From: a virus
Lineage: Duplodnaviria > Heunggongvirae > Uroviricota > Caudoviricetes
Virus record (IMG/VR): IMGVR_UViG_2728369185_000014
DNA: 42,922 nt
Reading direction: 5' to 3' (one strand)
The translations under genes were made by a program, and so were the position numbers. Position 1 is the stretch's first letter; the number at the start of each line of letters is the position of its first letter. This document shows positions 32,824-41,127 of the stretch, piece after piece. Below the pieces are notes generated by a model. That model had not been told where the DNA came from. It saw only the letters and a list, made by a program, of their open reading frames with translations, and made no database searches.

Positions 32824-33126
32824 TTATTCAGATTCTTTGGCTTTACGCCGCTGGAGTTCTTCACGAGCGACGGCTACGAGTTGCCCGATTTCCTCCGCTG
32901 CCTTGATGCCGATTTGTTCGACCTTAGCTAAGGCATCCAGTGAAGACACGAGGGGATTTTCTCCGCTTCCTTCTGCCTGGCGGCGGGCGATCTCACCGCG
33001 CATGGCGGTTACTATGAATCCGGCGTTGCTCTCGCCGTCCAGTTTTACGGATTCCATGCCCTCCATAACATCGTGGGGAACCCTGATCGTTGTCATTTGC
33101 GATTTTGCATTTTTGTATACAGACAT
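32824..33126 (-). CDS. Ribbon-helix-helix-type DNA-binding protein (100 aa)
   Basis: N-terminal ...MTTIRVPHDVMEGMESVKLDGESNAGFIVTAMR... has the pattern of CopG/Arc-type RHH domains; divergent from the rightward operon. Confidence 0.5.
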   Translation of the reverse strand: MSVYKNAKSQMTTIRVPHDVMEGMESVKLDGESNAGFIVTAMRGEIARRQAEGSGENPLVSSLDALAKVEQIGIKAAEEIGQLVAVAREELQRRKAKESE

Positions 33127-33334
33127 AGTTAATCACCAATTTGTTATGTGTATATCACTATACACAAAAGTGATATATAAAAACACTTGCAATGTATATC
33201 ACCACAATATAATGTATATCTCACATTATGGTCGCTATGTATCTCACAATGATCGATTCATAAAAACGACGAAACCCGGCAGTGCGCGAACACTAACCGG
33301 GCTTCTAACCAAACCGTTAAACGAGGTAACGATT
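33127..33334. promoter_or_regulatory. Divergent promoter region with TGTATATCAC/GTGATATA repeats
   Basis: AT-rich intergenic segment with at least four copies of TGTATATC(A/T)C in both orientations, between the RHH gene and the rightward operon. Confidence 0.45.
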
Positions 33335-33700
33335 ATGGCTGGAACACAGCATACCCAAACTCACCCTAAATTTATATACACCTTTCTGGCACTACACCAC
33401 GACCGCATGGCAGATGGAGCAACTACGGTACATGTAGCCGCTGACACGCTGGTTGATGCCCGCAAGATGGTTAAGGAGATGGGCTATACTGCGGCTTTCT
33501 GGAAAGGGCGTGAAGAAAACACGCTGTTTATTCAGAAATGCGAAAACAATTTCATCTGGCGTTTTATCGCCCTGAGTACGGCACAACCGCGCGTGATTCA
33601 CATCGTGGCCACCAGCGAACAGGAAGCCCGCCAGCAATCCCCGGCTGGTTGCGTGAGGGTATTCGCCGCCCGTATTCGTCAGGAGGTATGCCGTGCTTAA
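33335..33700 (+). CDS. Hypothetical protein (121 aa), first gene of the island rightward operon
   Basis: Internal ATG of the long track ORF; the upstream part of that ORF is antisense to the RHH gene. Confidence 0.45.
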   Translation: MAGTQHTQTHPKFIYTFLALHHDRMADGATTVHVAADTLVDARKMVKEMGYTAAFWKGREENTLFIQKCENNFIWRFIALSTAQPRVIHIVATSEQEARQQSPAGCVRVFAARIRQEVCRA

Positions 33701-33878
33701 AACCTTCCGTGTATTTGCCCGAGCGGTTAACCCACGAGGCCACACAATTGGTATCACTCAGAACGTGAAGGCTGTTAATGTTCAGACGGCTATTGCTGTG
33801 GTGAGAAGCGAATCATCAGAATATGGCTTATCACAAGTCATTATTTCAGCAGTGTATGAATTAAAAGAGGTGCATTAA
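33693..33878 (+). CDS. Hypothetical small protein (61 aa)
   Basis: Track ORF overlapping the previous stop; same operon. Confidence 0.4.
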   Translation: MLKTFRVFARAVNPRGHTIGITQNVKAVNVQTAIAVVRSESSEYGLSQVIISAVYELKEVH

Positions 33879-34069
33879 TGCAGGAAATTACATTACACGA
33901 AGCCGCTGAACGTGCGCACCAGACAGAAATTATTTGCCGCCTTCTTGAGGTATACCCGAACAAAATTACAGATGCTGATATATCCGCACTGGCGAGCCTA
34001 CTGGCGCGTCTTTCGGGAAGTGTCGCTAGTTTTTTGATTGAGGAAGAAAGTAAGCTGGTGGGGGATTAA
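33878..34069 (+). CDS. Hypothetical small protein (63 aa)
   Basis: Track ORF with stop/start overlap to its neighbours. Confidence 0.4.
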   Translation: MQEITLHEAAERAHQTEIICRLLEVYPNKITDADISALASLLARLSGSVASFLIEEESKLVGD

Positions 34070-34291
34070 ATGAATACAGAACGGGAAGTCTTTTTTAAAT
34101 TGTTAGCATGTGCAGAAAGTTCATTAACTTTAAATAATTCAGCAAAAGCAATATTAAATATGTGGCTTGATTGCATAAATGACAATGAAGATGCAAATAT
34201 TGCTTATGGCCTGTTGTCACTTATTGATGAAGCAGCAGAAAAACTCAATGACGCAATAAATAGTGCCCTGTTATCAAATAAGTCGAGTTAA
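34070..34291 (+). CDS. Hypothetical small protein (73 aa)
   Basis: Track ORF, AT-rich, contiguous in the operon. Confidence 0.4.
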   Translation: MNTEREVFFKLLACAESSLTLNNSAKAILNMWLDCINDNEDANIAYGLLSLIDEAAEKLNDAINSALLSNKSS

Positions 34292-34308
34292 GTCGAGGAA
34301 TAAATAAT

Positions 34309-34608
34309 ATGGAAATGAAAAATTCTGGCTTTATTGCCAGCGGCCCCGCTCGGCCTGAATTTATGAACGGCGATATTTACCGCGATAAATACGGCGGCAC
34401 GGTAACGATTAAAGGCGTGGCAGAACGGCGCATCACTTACCGCCGTGAGGGGTATAGCTATGACTGCGTGATGCCTGTTTATCAGTTCCGGCGTGATTTT
34501 TCCCTGGTATATGCCGCACCTCGCAGTAAGCCCACCAGCAGGGAAAAAGCGCGGGGAAACATCCAGAAAATGAAAAGCATGATTAACGCATTCAGGGGCA
34601 AAAAATGA
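34309..34608 (+). CDS. Hypothetical basic protein (99 aa)
   Basis: Track ORF whose stop overlaps the primase start. Confidence 0.4.
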   Translation: MEMKNSGFIASGPARPEFMNGDIYRDKYGGTVTIKGVAERRITYRREGYSYDCVMPVYQFRRDFSLVYAAPRSKPTSREKARGNIQKMKSMINAFRGKK

Positions 34609-36356
34609 AACTGGCACCGAACTTAAAAAAACAGCCACGCGACAGACTGACAGAGGTAATCATCTTTGCAGGTAGTGATGCGTGGAGCCATGCGAAAGAG
34701 TGGCAGGAATGGGCGGGTAAACATATTGCCGCCGACGATGTGCCGCCTGTCGTGCTGGCTGATGAGCAACTGAAAAACATCATCGATTACCGGATCATTG
34801 ATGAAGATCGTCAGTGTGTGCGTGTTTACCGCGCAGGACATATCACAGAGCACAGCATGACGCAGATTGTTACGTTACTGGCTGTGGCTGGAGTGAAGAC
34901 CGTACACGAATACGCGGGGATTACTGACACCAGCCCCGTGGATTTATCCGACCAGTTGCCGCGACTCAAAGAGGAATGCGAGCGTGGGGAAAGTCTGGTG
35001 CTTAATCTTCCGACGAAGCAAAAGGCGCAACTTTCACAGATGGCAGACAGTGAACGTGCACAACTACTTGCCGATCGCTTTGATGGTGTGTGTGTTCATG
35101 CAGAAAGTGAAATCGTCCACGTATGGCGCGGCGGGGTATGGTGTCCGGTCAGCACAATGGAGCTGAGCCGCGAAATGGTGGCGATCTATTCAGAGCACAG
35201 GGCCACGTTCAGCAAACGTGTAATCAATAACGCCGTGGAAGCGTTAAAAGTTATTGCCGACCCCATGGGGGAGCCGTCCGGTGATTTACTACCGTTCACT
35301 AATGGTGTGCTTAACCTGAAAACGGGGGATTTTTCTCCGCACTTACCGGAGCACTGGAGCACCACGCACAATGGCATTGAGTACACGCCACCAGTAGCAG
35401 GGGAAAACATCCGCGATAATGCGCCAAATTTCCATAAATGGCTTGAACATGCTGCAGGAAAAGACCCGCGCAAGATGATGCGTATATGTGCCGCGTTATA
35501 CATGATTATGGCGAACCGCTACGACTGGCAGATGTTCATTGAGGCCACCGGAGACGGGGGAAGCGGTAAGAGTACATTTACCCATATTGCCACCCTGCTT
35601 GCTGGCAAACAGAACACCGTAAGCGCAGAGATGACATCACTCGATGATGCAGGAGGGCGCGCGCAGGTTGTCGGGAGTCGTCTTATCGTCCTTGCCGATC
35701 AGCTGAAATATACGGGGGAAGGCACGGGCATCAAGAAAATCACGGGAGGCGATCCCGTTGAAATTAACCCGAAATATGAGAAGCGATTCACGACGATAAT
35801 AAGGGCGGTGGTACTGGCAACCAATAACGACCCGATGATCTTTACCGAACGGGCCGGAGGTGTGTCACGCCGTCGGGTGATTTTCCGGTTCGACAACATT
35901 GTAAGGGAGGACGAAAAAGACAAGGAATTACCGGAAAAGATAGCGGCAGAAATCCCCGTAATTATCCGCCGCTTGCTGGCTAATTTTGCTGACCCTGAAA
36001 AGGCACGGGCTTTATTACTGGAACAGCGTGACGGTGATGAAGCTCTGGCAATAAAGCAGCAAACGGATCCGGTTGTTGAGCTTTGCGCGGCGCTGGAGTT
36101 TCTGGAGGAAGCTCGTGGGCTAATGATGGGCGGTGGTGGTGACACCGTGAAGTACACGACCAGAAACAGCCTTTACCGTGTCTATATGGCCTTCATGGCA
36201 TATACAGGAAAGGGGAAATGTTTGAGCGTGAATGAGTTCGGAAAGGCTATGAGGTCAGCGGCGAAAGTTTACGGATATGAATATATTACGCGAAAAGTTA
36301 AGGGAGTCACGCAGACCAACGCAACGACTACTGATGATTGCGATGCGTTTTTATAA
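34605..36356 (+). CDS. Primase-helicase (P4-alpha/D5-type NTPase)
   Basis: 583 aa with Walker A GDGGSGKST and downstream helicase-like motifs; immediately followed by an iteron array. Confidence 0.8.
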   Translation: MKLAPNLKKQPRDRLTEVIIFAGSDAWSHAKEWQEWAGKHIAADDVPPVVLADEQLKNIIDYRIIDEDRQCVRVYRAGHITEHSMTQIVTLLAVAGVKTVHEYAGITDTSPVDLSDQLPRLKEECERGESLVLNLPTKQKAQLSQMADSERAQLLADRFDGVCVHAESEIVHVWRGGVWCPVSTMELSREMVAIYSEHRATFSKRVINNAVEALKVIADPMGEPSGDLLPFTNGVLNLKTGDFSPHLPEHWSTTHNGIEYTPPVAGENIRDNAPNFHKWLEHAAGKDPRKMMRICAALYMIMANRYDWQMFIEATGDGGSGKSTFTHIATLLAGKQNTVSAEMTSLDDAGGRAQVVGSRLIVLADQLKYTGEGTGIKKITGGDPVEINPKYEKRFTTIIRAVVLATNNDPMIFTERAGGVSRRRVIFRFDNIVREDEKDKELPEKIAAEIPVIIRRLLANFADPEKARALLLEQRDGDEALAIKQQTDPVVELCAALEFLEEARGLMMGGGGDTVKYTTRNSLYRVYMAFMAYTGKGKCLSVNEFGKAMRSAAKVYGYEYITRKVKGVTQTNATTTDDCDAFL

Positions 36357-36364
36357 AAAATGGC

Positions 36365-36615
36365 AATGGTTATCTACCTTGTCTACCTGACTGAAATAAA
36401 ATACTTTTATTTCAATGTATTAATGCAGGTAGATAACTATTTTTCACTGTCTACCTGTTATCTACCTTATCTACCCATTTTTGTAGACAGGTAAGGAGAC
36501 GGGTAGAGATGAGGTAGACAGCTATTTGGGGCTGTCTACCTCCCTGAAACCCGCGCCATTACTGGCCTGATAACTAATCAGGTAGACAAGGTAGACAAGG
36601 TGGTGGTGCACAAAA
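36365..36615. repeat. Iteron array (GGTAGACA/TGTCTACC, at least 10 copies) with an AT-rich spacer: putative island origin
   Basis: Repeated 8-9-mers in both orientations (TTGTCTACC, AGGTAGATA, CAGGTAGACAAGGTAGACAAGG...) flanking an A/T-rich segment directly after the primase gene. Confidence 0.7.
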
Positions 36616-36645
36616 AACTTTTTAAACGAGGGGGTAAAAATAAAA

Positions 36646-36888
36646 ATGCACACATCAGGAAAACTGAACAAACATATAAAGCCACATTACCGCGCCCTTG
36701 ATATGGCTGAACACTGGCTAAGGGTGGCGATTAAGGCAATAGACCGCAACGCCGGGGAAGGATACGCGAAAGCACATCCCGAACTGATAAGCGCATTCAT
36801 GACAACGGCGGCTGCAAACTTTGCCACGCTGACCGAACGGGAGATTGCCGAAGCGGAGGAAGTGACAACCATCAATATTAAGTCCTGA
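36646..36888 (+). CDS. Hypothetical protein (80 aa)
   Basis: Track ORF between the origin and ssb. Confidence 0.35.
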   Translation: MHTSGKLNKHIKPHYRALDMAEHWLRVAIKAIDRNAGEGYAKAHPELISAFMTTAAANFATLTEREIAEAEEVTTINIKS

Positions 36889-36899
36889 GAGCAGGCAGC

Positions 36900-37349
36900 A
36901 TGACGGCGCAAATAGCAGCTTACGGGCGGCTGGTGGACGACCCACAGGTAAAACATACCAGCAAGGGAACACCCATGACACTGGCACGGATGGCGGTATC
37001 TTTGCCATGCAGCCAGGCAGATGACGGAACGGCGACGATGTGGTTATCTGTGCTGGCGTTTGGCAGACAAGCCGACGCGCTGGCAAAGCATCACAAAGGC
37101 GAACTCCTGAGCGTGGCGGGTAATATGCAGGTGAGCCAGTGGAGCGGACAGAACGGGGAAACGCGGCAGGGCTGGCAGGTTATCGCAGACAGCGTAATCA
37201 GTGCCAGAACGGTGCGACCGGGCGGCAAAAAAGGTCAACAGGGGCAGGCTACTGATGCACTGAACAGAGCAAAACAACAGGCAGATCAGCAAGGAAGCCA
37301 TCCACCAGTGGGAGATAATGAGCAATGGGGAGATGATATTCCGTTTTAA
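36900..37349 (+). CDS. ssb: Single-stranded DNA-binding protein
   Basis: 149 aa with an OB-fold-like N-terminal region, a Gly/Gln-rich linker and the acidic C-terminal tail ...DDIPF characteristic of bacterial/phage SSB. Confidence 0.75.
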   Translation: MTAQIAAYGRLVDDPQVKHTSKGTPMTLARMAVSLPCSQADDGTATMWLSVLAFGRQADALAKHHKGELLSVAGNMQVSQWSGQNGETRQGWQVIADSVISARTVRPGGKKGQQGQATDALNRAKQQADQQGSHPPVGDNEQWGDDIPF

Positions 37350-37565
37350 ATATTGCCAATAAAAAAGGCCGGAAAAAATATATTTTCCGGCATGCTACAT
37401 AAATCCCGACCAAAGGGAGTGAAGATATTAACACTAATTATCCGCGCTGAAGTTGTCATCCCAAAACTTTATACAACATTGCACTCGGTTGCATGTGTTA
37501 GCATGACAAATATCGGTGATAGCATATATCCACAATTATTTTTAATGAATGTAAAGAGGATGAGT

Positions 37566-38606
37566 ATGGTTGATTTATATTCGCCTGCCCAGCTTGTGCA
37601 GGTGGCTAATGCAGAAGAGGTGCAAAAAAAATTAAATGCATTGTTTACCAGTTTGTTTTTCACTCGCTCGGTAATGTTTGAATCAAGAGACATTATTCTT
37701 GATACAATCGACGATCCAAATATCCCAATTGCAGCGTTTTGTTCTCCTATGGTGGGTAGTAAAGTTTCACGTGACGAAGGGTACGAATCAAAGACAATTC
37801 GTCCAGGCTATATGAAGCCGAAAAGCAGCATTGATCCAAATAAGTTAGCTGTGCGCCCTGCTGGTGTATCACCTGAGCAATACAATGCTTTTGGAGCGCG
37901 TAATATTAAAGTTAAACAGGCGATTGTAAATCAGGCTAAAGCTATTCGTGCACGTATTGAATGGCTTGCCGTTCAGGCAATCACAACGGGGAAAAATATC
38001 ATTGAGGGCGATGGCATTGAACGCTATGAACTGGACTGGAATATAAAACCACAAAATATTATCACGCAGTCCGGCGGTGCTGAGTGGTCAGGTAAGGATA
38101 AAGAAACTTTTGATCCAAATGATGATATTGAGAGCTACGCAGAATTTAGTGAGGGCGTCACTAATATCATCATTATGGGCGGTAATGTATGGAAGAAATA
38201 CCGTTCATTCAGAGCGATAAAAGAGGCTCTGGATACCCGTCGTGGTTCTAATTCCGAACTGGAAACGGCCCTTAAAGACCTTGGTGATTCGGTGAGTTTT
38301 AAAGGGTATATGGGCGATGTTGCGATTGTTGTATACAGCGGGCGTTATACCGACGAGGACGGAACTGAAAAACATTTCCTTGATCCTGATTTGATGGTGC
38401 TTGGCAATACGGCTCTTCAGGGGATTGTCGCCTATGGCGGTATTCAGGATCCGGAGCTAATCCGAATGGGGCTGACTAAAGCCGAACTTGCACCGAAAAA
38501 CTATATTGTGCCTGGTGATCCGGCTATTGAATATGTGCAGACACATTCAGCACCACAGCCAATACCGGCCCGCATCAATCGTTTTGTTACCGTTCGCATT
38601 GGCTAA
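37566..38606 (+). CDS. Major capsid protein homologue (lambda E-like)
   Basis: Alignable to lambda E along its length (e.g. ITQSGGAEWSGKDKETFDPNDDIESYA vs ITQSGGTEWSKRDKSTYDPTDDIEAYA; DTRRGSNSELETALKDLG vs DTRRGSHSELETAVKDLG; GDVAIVVYSG); start at the ATG 6 nt after AAGAGG. Confidence 0.8.
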   Translation: MVDLYSPAQLVQVANAEEVQKKLNALFTSLFFTRSVMFESRDIILDTIDDPNIPIAAFCSPMVGSKVSRDEGYESKTIRPGYMKPKSSIDPNKLAVRPAGVSPEQYNAFGARNIKVKQAIVNQAKAIRARIEWLAVQAITTGKNIIEGDGIERYELDWNIKPQNIITQSGGAEWSGKDKETFDPNDDIESYAEFSEGVTNIIIMGGNVWKKYRSFRAIKEALDTRRGSNSELETALKDLGDSVSFKGYMGDVAIVVYSGRYTDEDGTEKHFLDPDLMVLGNTALQGIVAYGGIQDPELIRMGLTKAELAPKNYIVPGDPAIEYVQTHSAPQPIPARINRFVTVRIG

Positions 38607-38615
38607 GGGGGAGCA

Positions 38616-38957
38616 ATGGCTACTCATTACACTGAACTCATGGCTGGCACTGAAGCACTGGTGACTACGCTGGGGATATTTTCAGCTAATAAAGGGGTAA
38701 TTCCTGCATTTACGCCACTGATGCAGGAAGATGCAACAGGTGCACTGGTGGTATGGGATGGTTCGAGCGTAGGTAAAGCGGTTTATGTTTCCGCTGTACA
38801 AATCGACACCGCGAAAAAAACACAGGCTCAGGTCTATAAGACAGGTGTCTTAAATGTTGATGCTCTGAACTGGCCTGAGTCTGTAAAAGAACTGTCAGTA
38901 AAGATTGCAGCGTTTGTTGGCTCAGGTATTTCTGTTCAGCCGCTGGCTCGTGTGTAA
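38616..38957 (+). CDS. Head decoration protein homologue (lambda D-like)
   Basis: 113 aa; ...VVWDGSSVGKAVYVSAVQ...AFVGSGISV parallels lambda D ...[18 protein letters not shown]...[10 protein letters not shown]; directly downstream of the capsid homologue, as D precedes E in lambda. Confidence 0.65.
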   Translation: MATHYTELMAGTEALVTTLGIFSANKGVIPAFTPLMQEDATGALVVWDGSSVGKAVYVSAVQIDTAKKTQAQVYKTGVLNVDALNWPESVKELSVKIAAFVGSGISVQPLARV

Positions 38958-38968
38958 AGGGGGATACA

Positions 38969-39352
38969 ATGCAGAATCATTACAATGACCTTAAGCCAAT
39001 TGCCGAAATGATGTATCCGGATCCAGCAGTAGAGGAATTAAAGGCTATTGCTGACAAAATGCGTTTAAGCGAGCGTCTTGTTGATATGAATCAGGTGATG
39101 GAACTTACAACCCTGAGTCGTCGTACACTGCTAAACCTTGAAGCACGTGGAGAGTTCCCCGAACGCGTGCAGGTTACGGAAGGGCGTAAGGCCTGGTATT
39201 TAAGCGAAGTGATCGACTGGATAAACAATATTCCGCGCGCTTCTGAATATTGCCGCGTACCTGTCCCAAAAAAGCCAGATGCGGCGCTATGCCTCAAGAT
39301 TGAGCGTGTACGCCGCAATGCGCGGGATGGTCGCTATAAGCTGATTGGTTGA
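38969..39352 (+). CDS. AlpA/excisionase-like winged-helix protein (127 aa) next to the island cos
   Basis: Central ...MNQVMELTTLSRRTLLNLEARGEFPERVQVTEGRKAWYLSEVIDWI... fits the AlpA/Xis-type HTH; sits immediately upstream of the island cos. Confidence 0.5.
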   Translation: MQNHYNDLKPIAEMMYPDPAVEELKAIADKMRLSERLVDMNQVMELTTLSRRTLLNLEARGEFPERVQVTEGRKAWYLSEVIDWINNIPRASEYCRVPVPKKPDAALCLKIERVRRNARDGRYKLIG

Positions 39353-39379
39353 TGAAATTAGGGCCCGTTCTGGCTGGCG

Positions 39380-39445
39380 GGTCCTTTCCGGCGATCCAGA
39401 ACGTTACGGGGCGGCGACCTCGCGGGTTTTCGCTATTTATGAGCA
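39380..39445 (+). promoter_or_regulatory. Island cos site (cosN 12-mer at about 39408..39419)
   Basis: GGGTCCTTTCCGGCGATCC...TTACGGGGCGGCGACCTCGCGGGTTTTCGCTATTTATGA is nearly identical to the prophage cos at 23840..23900, then diverges. Confidence 0.75.
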
Positions 39446-39568
39446 TTTTTAGGGGACTGGTGGTGGTTTTGTTGTTCGCTATATCTGTATGAATAATAAG
39501 AGAAAAACACAATCAACACACCAACCTGAAACAGTAATTAAGTTGTGGTATCAATGAAATTGCACCTG

Positions 39569-40096
39569 ATGAACAAAAAAAACATGGCAAAAAGTTGCCG
39601 TGTAAGCGCCACTGCGTTCGATAAGTGGGGAGTGATTCCCGTCGAGCGTAAGGGCCGCGAGGCGTTTTATGATGTCGCCAGTGTAATAGATAATCGGGTT
39701 AACAATGCAATCAGCCAGATTACAAACGAAACGGGCGAGATTGATGATGATGAACTCCTACGAGTCAGGATCAGATTGCTGACAGCACAGGCAGAGGCGC
39801 AGGAGCTTAAAAACGAGCGCGAACGCGGCGACGTTATTGATACAGCGTTTTGTATATACGTGCTTTCAAAACTGGCGAGTCAGATTTCTTCAATCATGGA
39901 CAGCCTGCCGCTTGCCATGACAAGGAAGTTTCCCGACATGAAGCCGTCTATGCTGGATGGACTGAAAAAAGAAGTTATCAGAGCCTGTAACGCATGCGCA
40001 AAACTTGACGAAAACATACCGCTGATGCTGTCCGATTATCTGATGGAAACTGCCGGAAACGTACCGGATAAGTTGCAGCTGAATAAAGATAAGTAA
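39569..40096 (+). CDS. Terminase small-subunit paralogue (Nu1-like)
   Basis: MNKKNMAKSCRVSATAFDKWGVIPV... and ...RLLTAQAEAQELKNERERGDVIDTAFCIYVLSKLASQISSIMDSLPLAMTRKFPD... parallel lambda Nu1; start uncertain (the track ORF begins at 39545). Confidence 0.7.
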   Translation: MNKKNMAKSCRVSATAFDKWGVIPVERKGREAFYDVASVIDNRVNNAISQITNETGEIDDDELLRVRIRLLTAQAEAQELKNERERGDVIDTAFCIYVLSKLASQISSIMDSLPLAMTRKFPDMKPSMLDGLKKEVIRACNACAKLDENIPLMLSDYLMETAGNVPDKLQLNKDK

Positions 40097-40107
40097 CGTA
40101 GTACGCT

Positions 40108-40389
40108 ATGACTGAATCCGAAATACTGCGATTAATCCGCCGTGCTTGTGGAATCAGCAAGCAGCATGACGAACAGGCCACGCAGCCGGACAGCGTGATC
40201 GCCGAAAATTACGCGCGTGTTGTTGCTGATGTGATGCGCCGTGATGGTATTGAGCTTAACGGCGTGGATATGCGCGACATACGGATCAGATTCCTTGAGT
40301 TGCTGGCATACCGTCGCCGTTCTCAACAACGAAGGGAGAGCGCGAAAAACACTTATCAGTGGAAGAAGCCGGAACGGTTGCGGCGGTAG
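40108..40389 (+). CDS. Hypothetical basic protein (93 aa)
   Basis: Track ORF downstream of the Nu1-like gene. Confidence 0.35.
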   Translation: MTESEILRLIRRACGISKQHDEQATQPDSVIAENYARVVADVMRRDGIELNGVDMRDIRIRFLELLAYRRRSQQRRESAKNTYQWKKPERLRR

Positions 40390-41117
40390 ATTCCTGATAT
40401 TCAGGAAAACCACGAATCCGGGGGTTTTACTGGCGCGGTGTACACGGTGGAACGTATAGCGTTACCTGACTTATTGCATTGTAAAAAGTTGAAAGGCACG
40501 GCCTGTAAGATGGGATGTTGTGAGTAGTTTAAAGCTACCCGCAAATTCTTTCGTTGTGCTGGCACAGGCGGTTAAACCGTCGGTAACTGGATAATCCCCA
40601 CTGGGGGAAAAGCTGGCTACATCCCTCACATCTGAGGACTGATAACGCAAAATTGCGTTGGCTGGCAGAGTGCAAATTTGCACGATGGCCTAACCCATTG
40701 ATTCTTTCGAAAACCCCCATTGGGGGAGAACGGGGGAATAAACCTGACTCATTGATTTTTCCACAATCCTTAATTTGAGGAAGCTGGATAGTTGCACTAC
40801 CCAAAAAGTGCAGTACCCACATAGCTGCTTAATAGCGTTTATTTTTTCCGCACACCTCAAATCTGAGAAGGCCGGAATGATGACATGGCAGGATTATGAT
40901 TCCTTGATTTCAAGGAGTCCTCCAGTGTGAAAATGAAATTATCTGGGCTGGTGGGTGAGTTGCTGATCTGCAACTCGGCTATGAAACTTAATAATCGAAC
41001 AGCATGTAAATTCATTTCTGTGTATTGCAGCATGTATTGCAACATAGTCATTCTGGTAGAGATTATGCTCTATTTTTCCTCTTATATCATTCACATACTT
41101 ACGTCATTGACTCATGT

Positions 41118-41127
41118 AGCCGAAGCA
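41118..41127 (+). repeat. Right copy of the 10-bp direct repeat AGCCGAAGCA (putative att core)
   Basis: Identical to 30230..30239; E codons resume immediately after it; placed by hand. Confidence 0.7.

Larger units (their letters stand above)
30240..41117 (+). mobile_element. Integrative satellite-like element (PICI-like) inserted in gene E
   Basis: ~10.9 kb bounded by the direct repeats; carries int, alpA, primase-helicase, iteron origin, SSB, capsid and decoration homologues, a cos site and a Nu1 paralogue; removing it restores a 341-codon E. Confidence 0.8.

Noticed and set aside
32786-33700. 304-aa plus-strand track ORF
   Set aside because: Its first two thirds run antisense through the RHH gene (32824..33126) and the AT-rich divergent promoter; only the last 121 codons (33335..33700), which start at an ATG after that region, look like a real gene.
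36365-36615. Possible CRISPR array
   Set aside because: The repeats are only 8-9 bp, occur in both orientations with irregular spacing, and follow a primase gene; this is an iteron origin, not a CRISPR repeat-spacer array.
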